In this document: positions 19,101-28,887 of the stretch, piece after piece
Position numbering within the stretch: the stretch's first letter is position 1
Layout of the letters: each line of letters starts with the position of its first letter
NCBI GenBank assembly: GCA_018819305.1
Contig: JAHJQO010000010.1
Location: 8,429 to 72,428, forward strand
Direction of reading: 5' to 3'
Origin: Nanobdellota archaeon
GTDB lineage: Archaea; Nanobdellota; Nanobdellia; Woesearchaeales; SM23-78
Length of the DNA: 64,000 nt
Made by a program: the position numbers and the translations under genes
The notes under the pieces: generated by a model
Seen by the model: the letters and a program-made list of their open reading frames with translations, nothing else
Told to the model about the DNA's origin: nothing
Databases searched by the model: none

Positions 19101-20714
19101 AAAGCAGAACCTCAATATAATGATTATTTTATGAGTTTTAATGGAACCGCATATCCAAATGTTTTTGTTAATAACGGGACTTTTTTTGGTTGTGGATTTA
19201 ATAATTCTTTGTTTGAAAGCGAGTATAATCTTTCAATAGGCATAATTGCTGGTGAAAATGTAAATTATCTTCCTGATTTTATAACTTGCGATCTTTTTAA
19301 ACAAGTGAATTCAAGTAATGTTTGTGTTTTGGATGATAATAATATTTTAAATGACACTTGCTTATATAATGTTGAGGACTGGCCAAACCCAGGTACGGGC
19401 TGCGCAGATACAAAAACAGGAGAACCTTTGATTAAAGAAGTTGAATATTGCACAATTATAAATACATCTTCAAGTGGAGACTTTTATTGCTCTTATAATA
19501 ATACTTGGAATGTTACTGGGGGAGAAAATCTTTCTCATAATTCTGCTGTACCAGATATTTTATTTAATTATATAAATCAATCTTGGGCAGATTCTGGTAA
19601 GGATACTTCGCTTCTCCAGGAAGCAAATTGCTGCAGGCCAAATGAATGTTGGGATGCTGATAAGGGTGTGTGTATTCCAGAGCAAACAGGATTTGATGAA
19701 TATATACTTATTAATGAAACAGTTGCTTACAAGTGTTTATTAGGAGAGTGGATTAATGTCCTTGCTACAGGAAAAAGAACTCCTGATGGCTGCTATGCAG
19801 GTATTTGTCCAGAAGCATCTCAATGTTTGTATGATATTACTGGAAATTCTTATCAGAATAATAATGTTTCTAACAGTGCCAATCCTCAATGTATTGATAA
19901 TAATCAATATATTGGAGATGCATTGTGTGTTAATGGTATGTGGGAAAGCAGGACAAAAAGATTAGCAGAAGAAATGTCTGCACTTGTTGGCAATAATGAT
20001 AACTTTGTTATTATGTGCGGTACTCCTGATGATGTGCTAATTAATCTGGACCATAATATAGGTGCGAGCAATAATTATTGTGTGTTGAATTTAGATGGGC
20101 AGAGGATTATTGGCACGACTTTGAATCAGCCACTTTATGATTCAGAAACTCATAATGATTTTATTACTGCTTTTGAACAGACTTTTTTAGTGTCTTATCC
20201 AGAAATGGGTGTTTCTTTTAATTCAAATTGCGGAGAAGACACTGATGATTTTGACAGATGTATAAATAATGATTATGTACAGCTTTATTATGATGATAAT
20301 TATCAAATGGTTGTGTTTAGTAACGAACCTGTTGACAATTTAATTCCTGGCTTATTTAGTGGTATTTGTGATAATCCTCCTTGGTGGATTGGCTGGCTTT
20401 GTCCTGCTCCAAGCGGGTTGGAAACAAACTTGGCGTCACTCCAGATGTTTAACAAAGTTTATGCTGCTAGATTAGGCAATAAAGAAGTGTTTGGTGTTGC
20501 TGAGAAAGAATGTAACCCTATGACTTTGAGAAAGACATGGCTTTTTTCATTTAATTATACTGGGTTTGGTTCAGCAGATTTAGGTCATTTAGTAGCTCAT
20601 GTTCAAGCAGATGATGCAAACATAACAGAATCTCAAAATAACATCTTCATTAGAAATCCTGATGCTGACGCATGGACTGCTCTTACTCTTCTTAGAAACA
20701 CAGAACAAGAATAA
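16125..20714 (+). CDS. Giant secreted cysteine-rich protein (1529 aa)
   Basis: N-terminal signal/anchor MKKISRVFFLFVLIIIASLLFYIPISMS, then dense Cys patterns (CCNVDECDDCELCSGSPDC...) and many N-x-S/T sequons. I recognise no enzymatic motif. Confidence 0.7.
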   Translation: MKKISRVFFLFVLIIIASLLFYIPISMSVPSDQCCNVDECDDCELCSGSPDCSSQPYVYGSCVPQANKDPCNSCSSGYCECRAGVCEDKTCYNNNDCGDCQKCSNSACTADNAATCSSCSSGICVCSGGSCKNQFAGKAVYKIKNEPDILEKASVNRFACIGLSGVNIIDENPTNWISIGSSETKCLDNKVICGFKAGDDGDQGEIDYMKCCKLDAGGKTISLVGTGNLDPNGRNTEAMCSDNGVAVYAKQLSDDGVHEVYCAKVLVDGVVAGRINTDVGWKEIDRDDEAIMCTMGSGSGSDPPPEIDPRTFNCSAAACVANPERCKKCCKCEGATGPGYYNVPSSCKLAKKNCTEIYEIHDAAIVCGCGSAKPPCNVIEKVGDCGDYPDECKWCHTPSPEIYPYNFSAIYDEIFVDAATKKACVNITADPFNCGGCGFADADGKSETDFFCGFENRNDRPGSPFCVESECVGRSDATSENVVLPSKEKNPYFYYDVKTSATAYGTQYSSEWGDGSSLPIYLSHDIDSSETICLSSEIGGTDFVDGLGCCGNGKCREKGTSMCNVNAICDGIYWHDATADEDNDGEYDSNGEIFKAPDCEQDDSYNYPIANINGIFKRCVDFDRPSEYVQSRHTGICAPDLVMNNSVWSNALIGNNYAKVTGANEGASEAFDSGLTGGREYACGKDYYTVAGNRGLVASHGNFCPGHPIDAIEVEEAGTRGSFFICDASGDTYTFAAILDAGRIISGGESLGSVFIPEDDNAPGKNRYDICPAPVLEWKEKTSATATEYTSEPRNELVVLPCPGKISLSNMDLENSFLINNIERSWSVSYGGAYSVTVNICRPRLDDTDNSGKYPLPRTYYFLSNGTMMGDVNNNSYLCFTDETMLPQHDEPSRAKIGVCCGDDGCGDIDIGSGGNEYNPGDYVNVSGKIVYCMHNGSWSEDLDYNDTAIQGACLRAGHFATDNFCCAESDDTRPWISESYNDPGSEYGACFKAEPQYNDYFMSFNGTAYPNVFVNNGTFFGCGFNNSLFESEYNLSIGIIAGENVNYLPDFITCDLFKQVNSSNVCVLDDNNILNDTCLYNVEDWPNPGTGCADTKTGEPLIKEVEYCTIINTSSSGDFYCSYNNTWNVTGGENLSHNSAVPDILFNYINQSWADSGKDTSLLQEANCCRPNECWDADKGVCIPEQTGFDEYILINETVAYKCLLGEWINVLATGKRTPDGCYAGICPEASQCLYDITGNSYQNNNVSNSANPQCIDNNQYIGDALCVNGMWESRTKRLAEEMSALVGNNDNFVIMCGTPDDVLINLDHNIGASNNYCVLNLDGQRIIGTTLNQPLYDSETHNDFITAFEQTFLVSYPEMGVSFNSNCGEDTDDFDRCINNDYVQLYYDDNYQMVVFSNEPVDNLIPGLFSGICDNPPWWIGWLCPAPSGLETNLASLQMFNKVYAARLGNKEVFGVAEKECNPMTLRKTWLFSFNYTGFGSADLGHLVAHVQADDANITESQNNIFIRNPDADAWTALTLLRNTEQE

Positions 20715-20741
20715 GAAATAAAATTTAGGCATCATGTTAAA

Positions 20742-21602
20742 ATGAGAAAAGCAGTTTATGCAGGTTTATTCTATCCTACGACAGTTGACACTTTGCAAAA
20801 AGTGTTAGATGAGTGTTTTAATAGTGAATTAGGTCCTGGAGCGCTTCCAACTAGACCAAAACCAAATGCTTTGCCTGTTAAAGCTGTGATTTGTCCTCAT
20901 GCAGGTTATGTATACAGTGGCATGGCAGCAGCATGGAGTTATAAAGCAGTTGCAGAAGCTCCTCTTCCAGATCTTTTTATTTTAATAGGCCCAAACCACA
21001 GAACAAATGAATCAGGCATTTCAGTAAAAACTTTTGAAACACCACTTGGTTTTGTCAGGGTTGATCAGGACTTTGCAAAAGTTCTTGCAGGCAAAGGAAA
21101 TATTAAGATTAATGAAAAGATTCATGAACCAGAACACAGTCTGGAAGTTCAACTTCCTTTTTTGCAGTTTGTCCTTGGTGACAGAGCTGAAAAAATAAAA
21201 ATTTTACCTTTGCTTGTGTCTGATGATTTAGATATTGACAAAGCAGTAAACGATTTAAAAGAAACAATAAAAGAATTGAAGAGAAAAGTTACTTTTATTG
21301 TGAGCTCTGATTTTACTCATTATGGTCCAAGTTATGGATACACTCCTTTTACTGACAATATCAAGGAGAATCTTGCAAAACTTGATAATGGCGCAATTGA
21401 ATTTATTAAAGAAGGCGATGTTAATGGGTTTGAACTTTATATTCAAGAAACAGGGGCAAGTATTTGCGGTTTTTTACCAATATTATTGCTTTTGAAAATA
21501 ATTAATTCCAAAAAAGTTTTTGTTGAATCATACTACACATCTGCTGATGTTACAGGAGATTACAGCAATAGTGTGAGTTATGTTAGTATGGTTTTCAGAT
21601 AA
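20742..21602 (+). CDS. MEMO1-family protein (AmmeMemoRadiSam system protein B type)
   Basis: AGLFYP, CPHAGYVYSG, IGPNH, EHSLEVQLPFL and DFTHYGP motifs. Confidence 0.75.
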   Translation: MRKAVYAGLFYPTTVDTLQKVLDECFNSELGPGALPTRPKPNALPVKAVICPHAGYVYSGMAAAWSYKAVAEAPLPDLFILIGPNHRTNESGISVKTFETPLGFVRVDQDFAKVLAGKGNIKINEKIHEPEHSLEVQLPFLQFVLGDRAEKIKILPLLVSDDLDIDKAVNDLKETIKELKRKVTFIVSSDFTHYGPSYGYTPFTDNIKENLAKLDNGAIEFIKEGDVNGFELYIQETGASICGFLPILLLLKIINSKKVFVESYYTSADVTGDYSNSVSYVSMVFR

Positions 21603-21606
21603 ATAA

Positions 21607-23418
21607 ATGTTGAAAATGAATTTGAAAATTAATAAAAACAAAAGAGCGCAAAAAAAAGCACAAATAACTTTATTTGTAATTTTTGGTTTGATTCTTTTGA
21701 TTGTATTTATTGTTCTTTTGTTGATTAGAAAAAGTGCAGAGCCAAAGACAATGACTGGAGTTGATGAGATTTTGAATGAAATAAAAACAGGCTCTGTCAA
21801 GAATCATATTGTTAGTTGTATTTCTGAAACAGCTATGGATGCTCTTGAAAAAATAGGTGCAAATGGTGGATTGATATATAGTTTTGAAGGAGGAACAACA
21901 TTGTTTCAAGATGTTGTTGTTGGAGAAGATTATCTTAATTATACTTATCTTGATAATCCTTATTTTGTTGCTTATGGCCTGAAAAAAAATCAGCTCTGCA
22001 GCCAAATTAATTATGATGTTCCTGATTATCCTTACCTTGATAAGCTTTTGTCTTTGCTTCCAGGAATATATAGTTCCAACTGCCTTTATGATTCTTTTTA
22101 TTCTGCTTATGATGGGTTTTATGGTCAGAATGATATGAGAAAACTTTGTTATGCTGCTCGCGACTCTAGTTGCGAAGGATTTGCAAAAGGAGCTGTTATA
22201 GGATTTACGATTCAAAAGCAACTTGAAGACTTTGTATCTCGAAAAATTCCCATTTGCACAAATTTTTCAGCTTTTACAGAGAGGATGTCGGCGGAGATAA
22301 CTATTGCTGGAGATCCTAAAACTGAAGCAATAATCCATGACTCTGAAATTATTTTACTTGTTGAATATCCTGTGAAAATCACTTTTGAAAACCAAGAACC
22401 CATAACAGAAATTATTAACTATCAGGTTAATATTGATGTAAGGCTTGGAAGAATTTATAATTTTTTATACAATGTTTTTTCCCTGGATTCAAAAAAAATT
22501 GAATTTAATCTTGATGAGGAATTTATCAGTTCTTCTTTTTGGAATAATGGTTTGGAATTAAGAAGAATAAAAGATCCTTGTCCTTTATGTGATTATCCTT
22601 TTAATCATGATGACATTATAGAAGTTATTGACAGGAAATCCAAAGTAAAAGGAAGAGCTTTCTTGTTCAGGTCTGCTGTTGAGAATCGAAGACCTGCGCT
22701 TGACAAAATTGATAATTTGACAATTGACTTAGAATCATCCAGATTTATAAATATTGATTTAAGTTCTTATGACCCTGATGATACAGACATGACTTATTAC
22801 TTTTTATCCTTAGGTGTTGGCAGAGATGAATGCACTGGAACAGGGTCATTTACACCGACACCAACTCCGACACCAAGTCCATATAGTTTTGGGCAAGGCT
22901 GGTGTGAACAAGATCCTCGTATTCAATCAAGTTTGCCTTATGCTAAGTTATGGGCTCCTGTAACAAAATATGATGTTGGTGATCATGAAGTAAGAGTCCT
23001 TGCTTTGGATGACAGCGGAATGTTTGATTATCAGACATTTCAAATAAAAATATTTGATTCAAGATATACCAAGTCTCCAAGACAATCTTGTATTGGAAAT
23101 TGCACTTCTGACGGAAATAGCAATTGTGCTTCTGGCTGGTGCACTATAGCTGCTAATGAATGCAATAGTGAATGCTTAGGTGGTGAATACAGCTATGTTA
23201 GCACTTCAACATGTACAGAATGTGTTTCGCCTATTGTTTATTCAGGAAAAAGGCATGATCATGTTGACTGTTCTTCCATCTCTGATAAAAATACATGTAT
23301 TAGCAAAATGACAGATTGTTTTTGGATAAGAGAAAATATAAGCAACACATATATTGAATCATGTTATAATGATATTGCTCTTGATACAGTTAAGCTTCCT
23401 GCATATATACTCACTTAA
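21607..23418 (+). CDS. Secreted protein with type IV pilin-like (class III) signal peptide and Cys-rich C-terminus (603 aa)
   Basis: The N-terminus KNKRAQKKAQITLFVIFGLILLIVFIVLLLI has a basic region, then K-A|Q, then about 22 hydrophobic residues. A TPTPTPTPSP linker and a Cys-rich C-terminal domain follow. Confidence 0.55.
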   Translation: MLKMNLKINKNKRAQKKAQITLFVIFGLILLIVFIVLLLIRKSAEPKTMTGVDEILNEIKTGSVKNHIVSCISETAMDALEKIGANGGLIYSFEGGTTLFQDVVVGEDYLNYTYLDNPYFVAYGLKKNQLCSQINYDVPDYPYLDKLLSLLPGIYSSNCLYDSFYSAYDGFYGQNDMRKLCYAARDSSCEGFAKGAVIGFTIQKQLEDFVSRKIPICTNFSAFTERMSAEITIAGDPKTEAIIHDSEIILLVEYPVKITFENQEPITEIINYQVNIDVRLGRIYNFLYNVFSLDSKKIEFNLDEEFISSSFWNNGLELRRIKDPCPLCDYPFNHDDIIEVIDRKSKVKGRAFLFRSAVENRRPALDKIDNLTIDLESSRFINIDLSSYDPDDTDMTYYFLSLGVGRDECTGTGSFTPTPTPTPSPYSFGQGWCEQDPRIQSSLPYAKLWAPVTKYDVGDHEVRVLALDDSGMFDYQTFQIKIFDSRYTKSPRQSCIGNCTSDGNSNCASGWCTIAANECNSECLGGEYSYVSTSTCTECVSPIVYSGKRHDHVDCSSISDKNTCISKMTDCFWIRENISNTYIESCYNDIALDTVKLPAYILT

Positions 23419-23493
23419 ACTTCCTCAAAATTACTAAATAAATGATATTAACAATATTAATTGTTAAATTTACGTAAATCGATTCAAAAGAAC

Positions 23494-23505
23494 AAACTTT
23501 ATATA
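23494..23505 (+). promoter_or_regulatory. BRE/TATA promoter internal to the island
   Basis: aaaCTTTATATA about 40 nt before the start. An SD (aaaGGTGGt) precedes ATG 23546. Confidence 0.45.
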
Positions 23506-23545
23506 CTTAAAAACAGGTTTTAAAAGTGAAAAAGGTGGTTGAGTG

Positions 23546-26539
23546 ATGAATAATCAAAAATTTATCTTATTTGTAGTAATTTTTTCTCTTTTTATTCTTA
23601 TTTTGCCTGGTTTTGTTTATGCAGCAGGTTGTTGTATAGATGCATCTTTAGGTGCTTGTACAAATGTTGCCCTAGCATCAGAATGCCAAACAGAAGGCAG
23701 AACTTATGTTGATGGAGTTGCTTGCGAAACAGCATGCGCGCAAGTTTGTTGCTGTGATTTTTCAAATGCATGTGATGTGAATATTGATTATTCCTGTATT
23801 GCACCTGATACTTCCTGTGCTTATACTGGAAGCGGAGATGTAGGGGATTCATGTTCTTGCACCACGTCAAATAATTATAATGTTTCTGGAACTATAAGAA
23901 ACTCAGCAGGCGGAGTTGTAAGCGGTGCAACTGTCAGTGCTGCAGGTGCCACACCAGTTACTTCTGCTAGTGGCGGTACCTACACTCTTATTGATGCAAC
24001 TGCAAGTTCTGCTGTTATTGTTACAGCTCACAAAATATCTGTTGGATGTGTTCCTGCCACCAGAACTATTGATTTAAGTTCTTCTAACCAAGCTAATGTT
24101 GATATAACCCTGAGCTGCACTTGTGTACCTGAAACATGCAATGCTACGCTCAATGCTTATTGTAAATCAGATTCTACATGGCAGGTATACAATATTTTAA
24201 ATCCTCTTGAAAAGATAAATTATTGTAATTTCTGTAGTGTTGATGACTCTGCTGATTGCGGCAGTGTTAATGTTTGTGTTGGGGGTAATGCAGAATGTCC
24301 TTTGATTTGTTCAGCCATATCCACAGATTCTAATTATGATTCTGATTGTGTGTGCAATAGTACAGTATCAAATAATTTCTGCCCTCCAGGATGTGCATCA
24401 GATGAGTTTAGCTCTAATTTTGATATTGATTGCAATATTTATTCGCCTATTTGCGGAGATAGAATTGTCACTTACCCTTATGAAACTTGTGAAGATAATC
24501 CTTTTGACGGCCAGCTAAATCTTTGCTCTGCACACGACTGTGCAAATCCTAGTGAATTAGGAGCATGCAATTGTTTATCTCTTTCAGGATGCGGCAATGG
24601 AATTTTTGAACCAGCTTTAGGAGAACAATGTGAAATAGGAATGATTTGCACTGATGGGGTTTTGTGTGAAAACTGTGAATGCGGAACACCAACATGCACA
24701 GGAAATCTAATTAACCCTGAACTCCAGATAAGTTTTAATTCCCAGCAAAACAAAAATGATGTTTCATGGACACTTTTAACTTCTTGCATACCTAGTGTTT
24801 CTAATTATGCTGTTTACAAATGTGAAAAACAAGTGAGCAGTGATTGTAGTGATAAAGGTGTATTTTCACTTTTGGCTGGTAATATCCACGCCAGGAGTTT
24901 AACTGATTCTGCAATTACAGAATCTTCTGAATATTGTTATTTTGTTAAAGCATTTTATAGAGATGGAGCTATTGGTGAATCCAGAATTCAATGTGAGAAA
25001 ACAGGTTCTTATTATTGTATGGAATCACATCCACCAGAATTCTGCATAAACAATGCCAGAAGTGAATGTGATAATAGCAATAACATACGAGTTGTTGAAG
25101 ATTGCAAACCAGATAAATTTTGTATGGGGCCTGATTTAGATGGCGCTACACACTGTCTTGACCAGGGGCTTTGTGACATGTGCAACGGCATGTATGGCGT
25201 GTTTTCTAATTTAGATTTGAAAATCCAAGTCCAGGAAGGAGAATATTATGTTTTCAAGTATTGCAAGCCAGGTACTGGAAGAGAAGCAGTCGAAGGATGT
25301 TATATTGATAGAACAAAAACTCTTTTCAGTGCTTTTGATTATTGCGCTGAAATTGCAAGCTGCTATGATTTTAAATCAGAAGATGCTTGCGAAGACCCAA
25401 CTGATCCTTGTGATAAAAACCAGATTTGCGACTGGGAGTGGCTTGATTCAAATAGCCATGAATTAGGTGGTGTTTGCAGACCTAATGCCATTGAACTGCA
25501 AAAATGTGAACTCTGTGATGATGAAGATTACAACTGGTTGACACCAGGATGCACACCAGCAACCTGCAGCTTGTTTGGGGAGTGTTATTATCAAGGAAGA
25601 TCAAGCACAAGAATCAATGCAGAACCTTGCACAAAACAAATCACAGCCAATTGCCTTGATTATACTGACACTGCTACTTGTACAAACGGAGTGCCAGTAC
25701 ATATTAATGCAATATATAATGCAAATAATGAACGTGTTTCAGGAAGCCATGCTCTTGCTCCTGCAAGTGATGATATTCTTGGTCTTGGAAAATGTTATTG
25801 GGATTCTGTTAATAGCAGATGCCTGAGAAATGCAGATAATAATCCTGTAAGAGATTGTAGAATTGGTGATTATTATTGTGAATCAGATTTTAGAGATCCA
25901 AAAACATCTATTTTGCCTTCAAACTTTGGAGTGTATCCTGCAGATGTAAATATAAGATTTAGTGTTGCAGATAATTATCCATCAAATAAGATAATATCGC
26001 ACTTCTGTGTTTCTGATGGTGTTTGTTATCCAAGAGATTTGGCAGATAATGCCAATGGTATCTATAGCACAACCATAGACACATCTGGAGTATACAATGT
26101 TTATTATTATTCATCTGACCCTGCAAAAAATCTTGAAATTGTAAAAAACACTCAAATACTTGTTGATACGATTCCACCATCTATTAATTTAACAAGTCCT
26201 TCAGACCCAAGCAATTTCCCAACCAATCAGAATATTGTACCTGCTGTTGGTGTAACTTCAACAGATTCCAAGTTTATATGTGCTCAGAACACAAGATCAC
26301 TTCAAACTTTATGTGTGAATAATTGTTTGCTTACTGGAAATGATCCTGCTTTGCCTTGCTTTTCAAACCAGACAGGTATTTTTGAAATAGATATACATAT
26401 TGGAAATGATAATTTAACACAAGTTGTATTTTTTGCAGAAGACTTTGCAGGCAATACTTATAGAAACACTTTGCTTGGTGTTTTATTAGATATTGATCCT
26501 CCTGATGAGGCAGATATCAATGTTTACCCGGTAATTTGA
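23546..26539 (+). CDS. Secreted cysteine-rich protein with carboxypeptidase-regulatory-like beta-sandwich segment (about 997 aa)
   Basis: Sec-type signal FILFVVIFSLFILILPGFVYA|AGCC. Also YNVSGTIRNSAGGVVSGATVSAAG (CarboxypepD_reg-like) and CGNGIFEPALGEQCE-type repeats. The ORF opens at GTG 23543. Confidence 0.65.
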   Translation: MNNQKFILFVVIFSLFILILPGFVYAAGCCIDASLGACTNVALASECQTEGRTYVDGVACETACAQVCCCDFSNACDVNIDYSCIAPDTSCAYTGSGDVGDSCSCTTSNNYNVSGTIRNSAGGVVSGATVSAAGATPVTSASGGTYTLIDATASSAVIVTAHKISVGCVPATRTIDLSSSNQANVDITLSCTCVPETCNATLNAYCKSDSTWQVYNILNPLEKINYCNFCSVDDSADCGSVNVCVGGNAECPLICSAISTDSNYDSDCVCNSTVSNNFCPPGCASDEFSSNFDIDCNIYSPICGDRIVTYPYETCEDNPFDGQLNLCSAHDCANPSELGACNCLSLSGCGNGIFEPALGEQCEIGMICTDGVLCENCECGTPTCTGNLINPELQISFNSQQNKNDVSWTLLTSCIPSVSNYAVYKCEKQVSSDCSDKGVFSLLAGNIHARSLTDSAITESSEYCYFVKAFYRDGAIGESRIQCEKTGSYYCMESHPPEFCINNARSECDNSNNIRVVEDCKPDKFCMGPDLDGATHCLDQGLCDMCNGMYGVFSNLDLKIQVQEGEYYVFKYCKPGTGREAVEGCYIDRTKTLFSAFDYCAEIASCYDFKSEDACEDPTDPCDKNQICDWEWLDSNSHELGGVCRPNAIELQKCELCDDEDYNWLTPGCTPATCSLFGECYYQGRSSTRINAEPCTKQITANCLDYTDTATCTNGVPVHINAIYNANNERVSGSHALAPASDDILGLGKCYWDSVNSRCLRNADNNPVRDCRIGDYYCESDFRDPKTSILPSNFGVYPADVNIRFSVADNYPSNKIISHFCVSDGVCYPRDLADNANGIYSTTIDTSGVYNVYYYSSDPAKNLEIVKNTQILVDTIPPSINLTSPSDPSNFPTNQNIVPAVGVTSTDSKFICAQNTRSLQTLCVNNCLLTGNDPALPCFSNQTGIFEIDIHIGNDNLTQVVFFAEDFAGNTYRNTLLGVLLDIDPPDEADINVYPVI

Positions 26540-26582
26540 TTAAAAAAATTTAGCAAGAAAATTTAAAAAAGAGGGTTTATGA

Positions 26583-28865
26583 ATGAAAGCACTATTTAGA
26601 AAGATTTCAAGTGTTCGATTTGTAGTTTTAGTTTTTTTATTAATTAGTTTATTGTCTATAACTTTTTTTGTATCTGCCGTACCTTCTTTTAGGATAATAA
26701 ATAGTACTGATATTGGAATCAATGTTACTTATACAGAACGTATTTCTCCTCTTATTTTTAGATTAACAAATGCAAGTGATTTTGGTTTTGCGATTGATCA
26801 AACCCTTGGCTCTTCTCCAGGAACTTTTTTTGTTTATGAACCCAGAGGAAGTTTAAGACCAGGTCCTTATAATTTTTTTATCAAAGTTGTTGACAATGCA
26901 AATAATTTTAGAAATGATACACAAAATTTTTCCATTGTATTGCCTATTCCGCCAGGATGCGGCAACGGAGTTGTTGCAGGTAATGAAGAATGTGATGATG
27001 GAAATAATATTGATGGTGACGGATGTAGCACATATTGTAAATCAGAGGATTGTGGTAATAATAGAGTTGAGGTAGGTGAAGTATGTGATGGCACTGACTT
27101 AAATGGTAAGAACTGCGATACTATTGGTGATTTTACAGGAGGCACACTAGGATGCAAGGATAACTGTGGTTTTAACACTAGCAAATGTAATGACCCTGTT
27201 AATTATTGTGGTGATGGAGTGATTAGATCAGGAGAGCAATGTGAAGGGGGTTTGCATGGCAAAAAGTGTATTGATTTTCCTCCTTTTACAGGAGGTACTT
27301 TAAGCTGTCAGAATTGCACTTACAATACAAGCAGATGCACCGGTCCAACAGGAGGATATTGTGGGGATGGGAAAGTTGTTGTTGGTGAGCAGTGTGAAGG
27401 TGGTATTGGAAGTATAACCTGCAGAGACTTTGATGAGTTTACAAGAGGCACATTAGAGTGTGTGAGTTCTACTTGTCTTTTTGACACATCTGATTGTAAA
27501 CAGTCAGAACCTAGATGTGGGGATTTAATTTTAAACGGAGCTGAAGTATGTGATGGAAATGAATGGGGTAATATAACAGGGTGTATTGATTTTGCTGCTT
27601 TTACAGGAGGATTTCTTGATTGTCATGATACTGGTGCAAACAGATGTCATTTTGATACTAGTTATTGCACAACAGGGGGAACTGCAAATGAATCGTGTTT
27701 TAATTCAGAAAAAGATGGGGATGAAACTGATATAAATTGCGGAGGTTCCTGCCCTTGCTGTGCAGCACCAAAAAAATGCTTGGTAAATCAGGATTGTTGT
27801 TTAAATAACTGCAAGAATAATATTTGTGTCGCACCTAACTGTGATGATAAAGAAAAAAATGGTTTAGAATCAGATAAGGATTGCGGTGGTGATTGTCCTG
27901 CATGTAATATCAGCCAGAGCTGTAATCAAGACAGGGATTGTGTAACTGATTTTTGCCATCCTATAGCGAAAAAATGTGCAATTCCTACTTGCGCTGACGG
28001 TTATCTAAATGGTGATGAATCAGGTGTTGATTGTGGTGGCAGCTGCCCTGATAAATGTGGGCAGGATCAAAATTGTATATCTGATAATGATTGCAGAGAA
28101 GGCCTTATCTGCGAATACGGTAAATGTAATGCAGATAGAACTCAGGATACTGATGGTGATGGAATGCCAGACTGGTGGGAAAACACAAATGGATTAAATC
28201 CTAATGATGCAAATGATGCAGATTTGGATAAGGATGGTGATGGTTATACTAATTTAGAGGAATATCTAAATGGTACAGATCCTAATGATCCAAATGATCC
28301 TGCTCCTGAGAAAAAACATACACTTCAAATCATTCTGTTGATTTTGGGCTTGTTACTCATGCTTGGCAGTATAGGTTTCTTGATTTACTATAGGAAAGTT
28401 ATTTTGCCACAGCAGCAAGCAGCAGCAAGAGCTCGAACACCAACTCAACAACAAGGAGCTCAGAGACCTGAAACATCTGGTGGCGCTCAAGTACAGGCCC
28501 GAGGTAATGTGAGAAGACCATTACCAGGAAGACCTGGTGTTGGAGGTGTAAGGAGATCTTTGTTAAAAGGATTTGATAAAACAAAGCTTGGCGCTCAAAA
28601 ATCAACCTCTGTCGCAGGAAAAAAGACTGATTCTAGTTCTCCAAAACAAACTTCAGAGTATGTGCCTTTATCGCAGTTAGGAAAGAAAAAAGTTCAAGAG
28701 TCAGATGTTAAAAAAACTGTAAAAAAGCCTTCGAGTGACACATTTGATAAATTAAAAGACTTGTCAAGCAAAGATAAATCTGCTGGAAAGAGCACAAAGG
28801 ATGCTTTGAAAGAGCTATCTGATTCATATAAGAAAAAAACAGATAAAAAGAAACAGGATAAGTGA
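26583..28865 (+). CDS. Type I membrane protein with modular Cys-rich repeats, TSP3-like Ca-binding repeats, a TM helix and a basic disordered tail
   Basis: Signal peptide and one CGNGVVAGNEECDDGNNIDGDGCSTYC module. Then four CGDGxVxxGExC...FTGGTLxC...TSxC modules of about 50 aa, three C-x-D-x-x-NGDE(S/T)-x-(V/I/K)-(D/N)-CGGxCP modules, DTDGDGMPDWWE...DKDGDGYTNLEEY, the TM helix IILLILGLLLMLGSIGFLIYY, and a 155-aa K/Q/R-rich tail. Confidence 0.7.
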   Translation: MKALFRKISSVRFVVLVFLLISLLSITFFVSAVPSFRIINSTDIGINVTYTERISPLIFRLTNASDFGFAIDQTLGSSPGTFFVYEPRGSLRPGPYNFFIKVVDNANNFRNDTQNFSIVLPIPPGCGNGVVAGNEECDDGNNIDGDGCSTYCKSEDCGNNRVEVGEVCDGTDLNGKNCDTIGDFTGGTLGCKDNCGFNTSKCNDPVNYCGDGVIRSGEQCEGGLHGKKCIDFPPFTGGTLSCQNCTYNTSRCTGPTGGYCGDGKVVVGEQCEGGIGSITCRDFDEFTRGTLECVSSTCLFDTSDCKQSEPRCGDLILNGAEVCDGNEWGNITGCIDFAAFTGGFLDCHDTGANRCHFDTSYCTTGGTANESCFNSEKDGDETDINCGGSCPCCAAPKKCLVNQDCCLNNCKNNICVAPNCDDKEKNGLESDKDCGGDCPACNISQSCNQDRDCVTDFCHPIAKKCAIPTCADGYLNGDESGVDCGGSCPDKCGQDQNCISDNDCREGLICEYGKCNADRTQDTDGDGMPDWWENTNGLNPNDANDADLDKDGDGYTNLEEYLNGTDPNDPNDPAPEKKHTLQIILLILGLLLMLGSIGFLIYYRKVILPQQQAAARARTPTQQQGAQRPETSGGAQVQARGNVRRPLPGRPGVGGVRRSLLKGFDKTKLGAQKSTSVAGKKTDSSSPKQTSEYVPLSQLGKKKVQESDVKKTVKKPSSDTFDKLKDLSSKDKSAGKSTKDALKELSDSYKKKTDKKKQDK

Positions 28866-28887
28866 GGAGGCTAAGTGAGGTGAGTTT

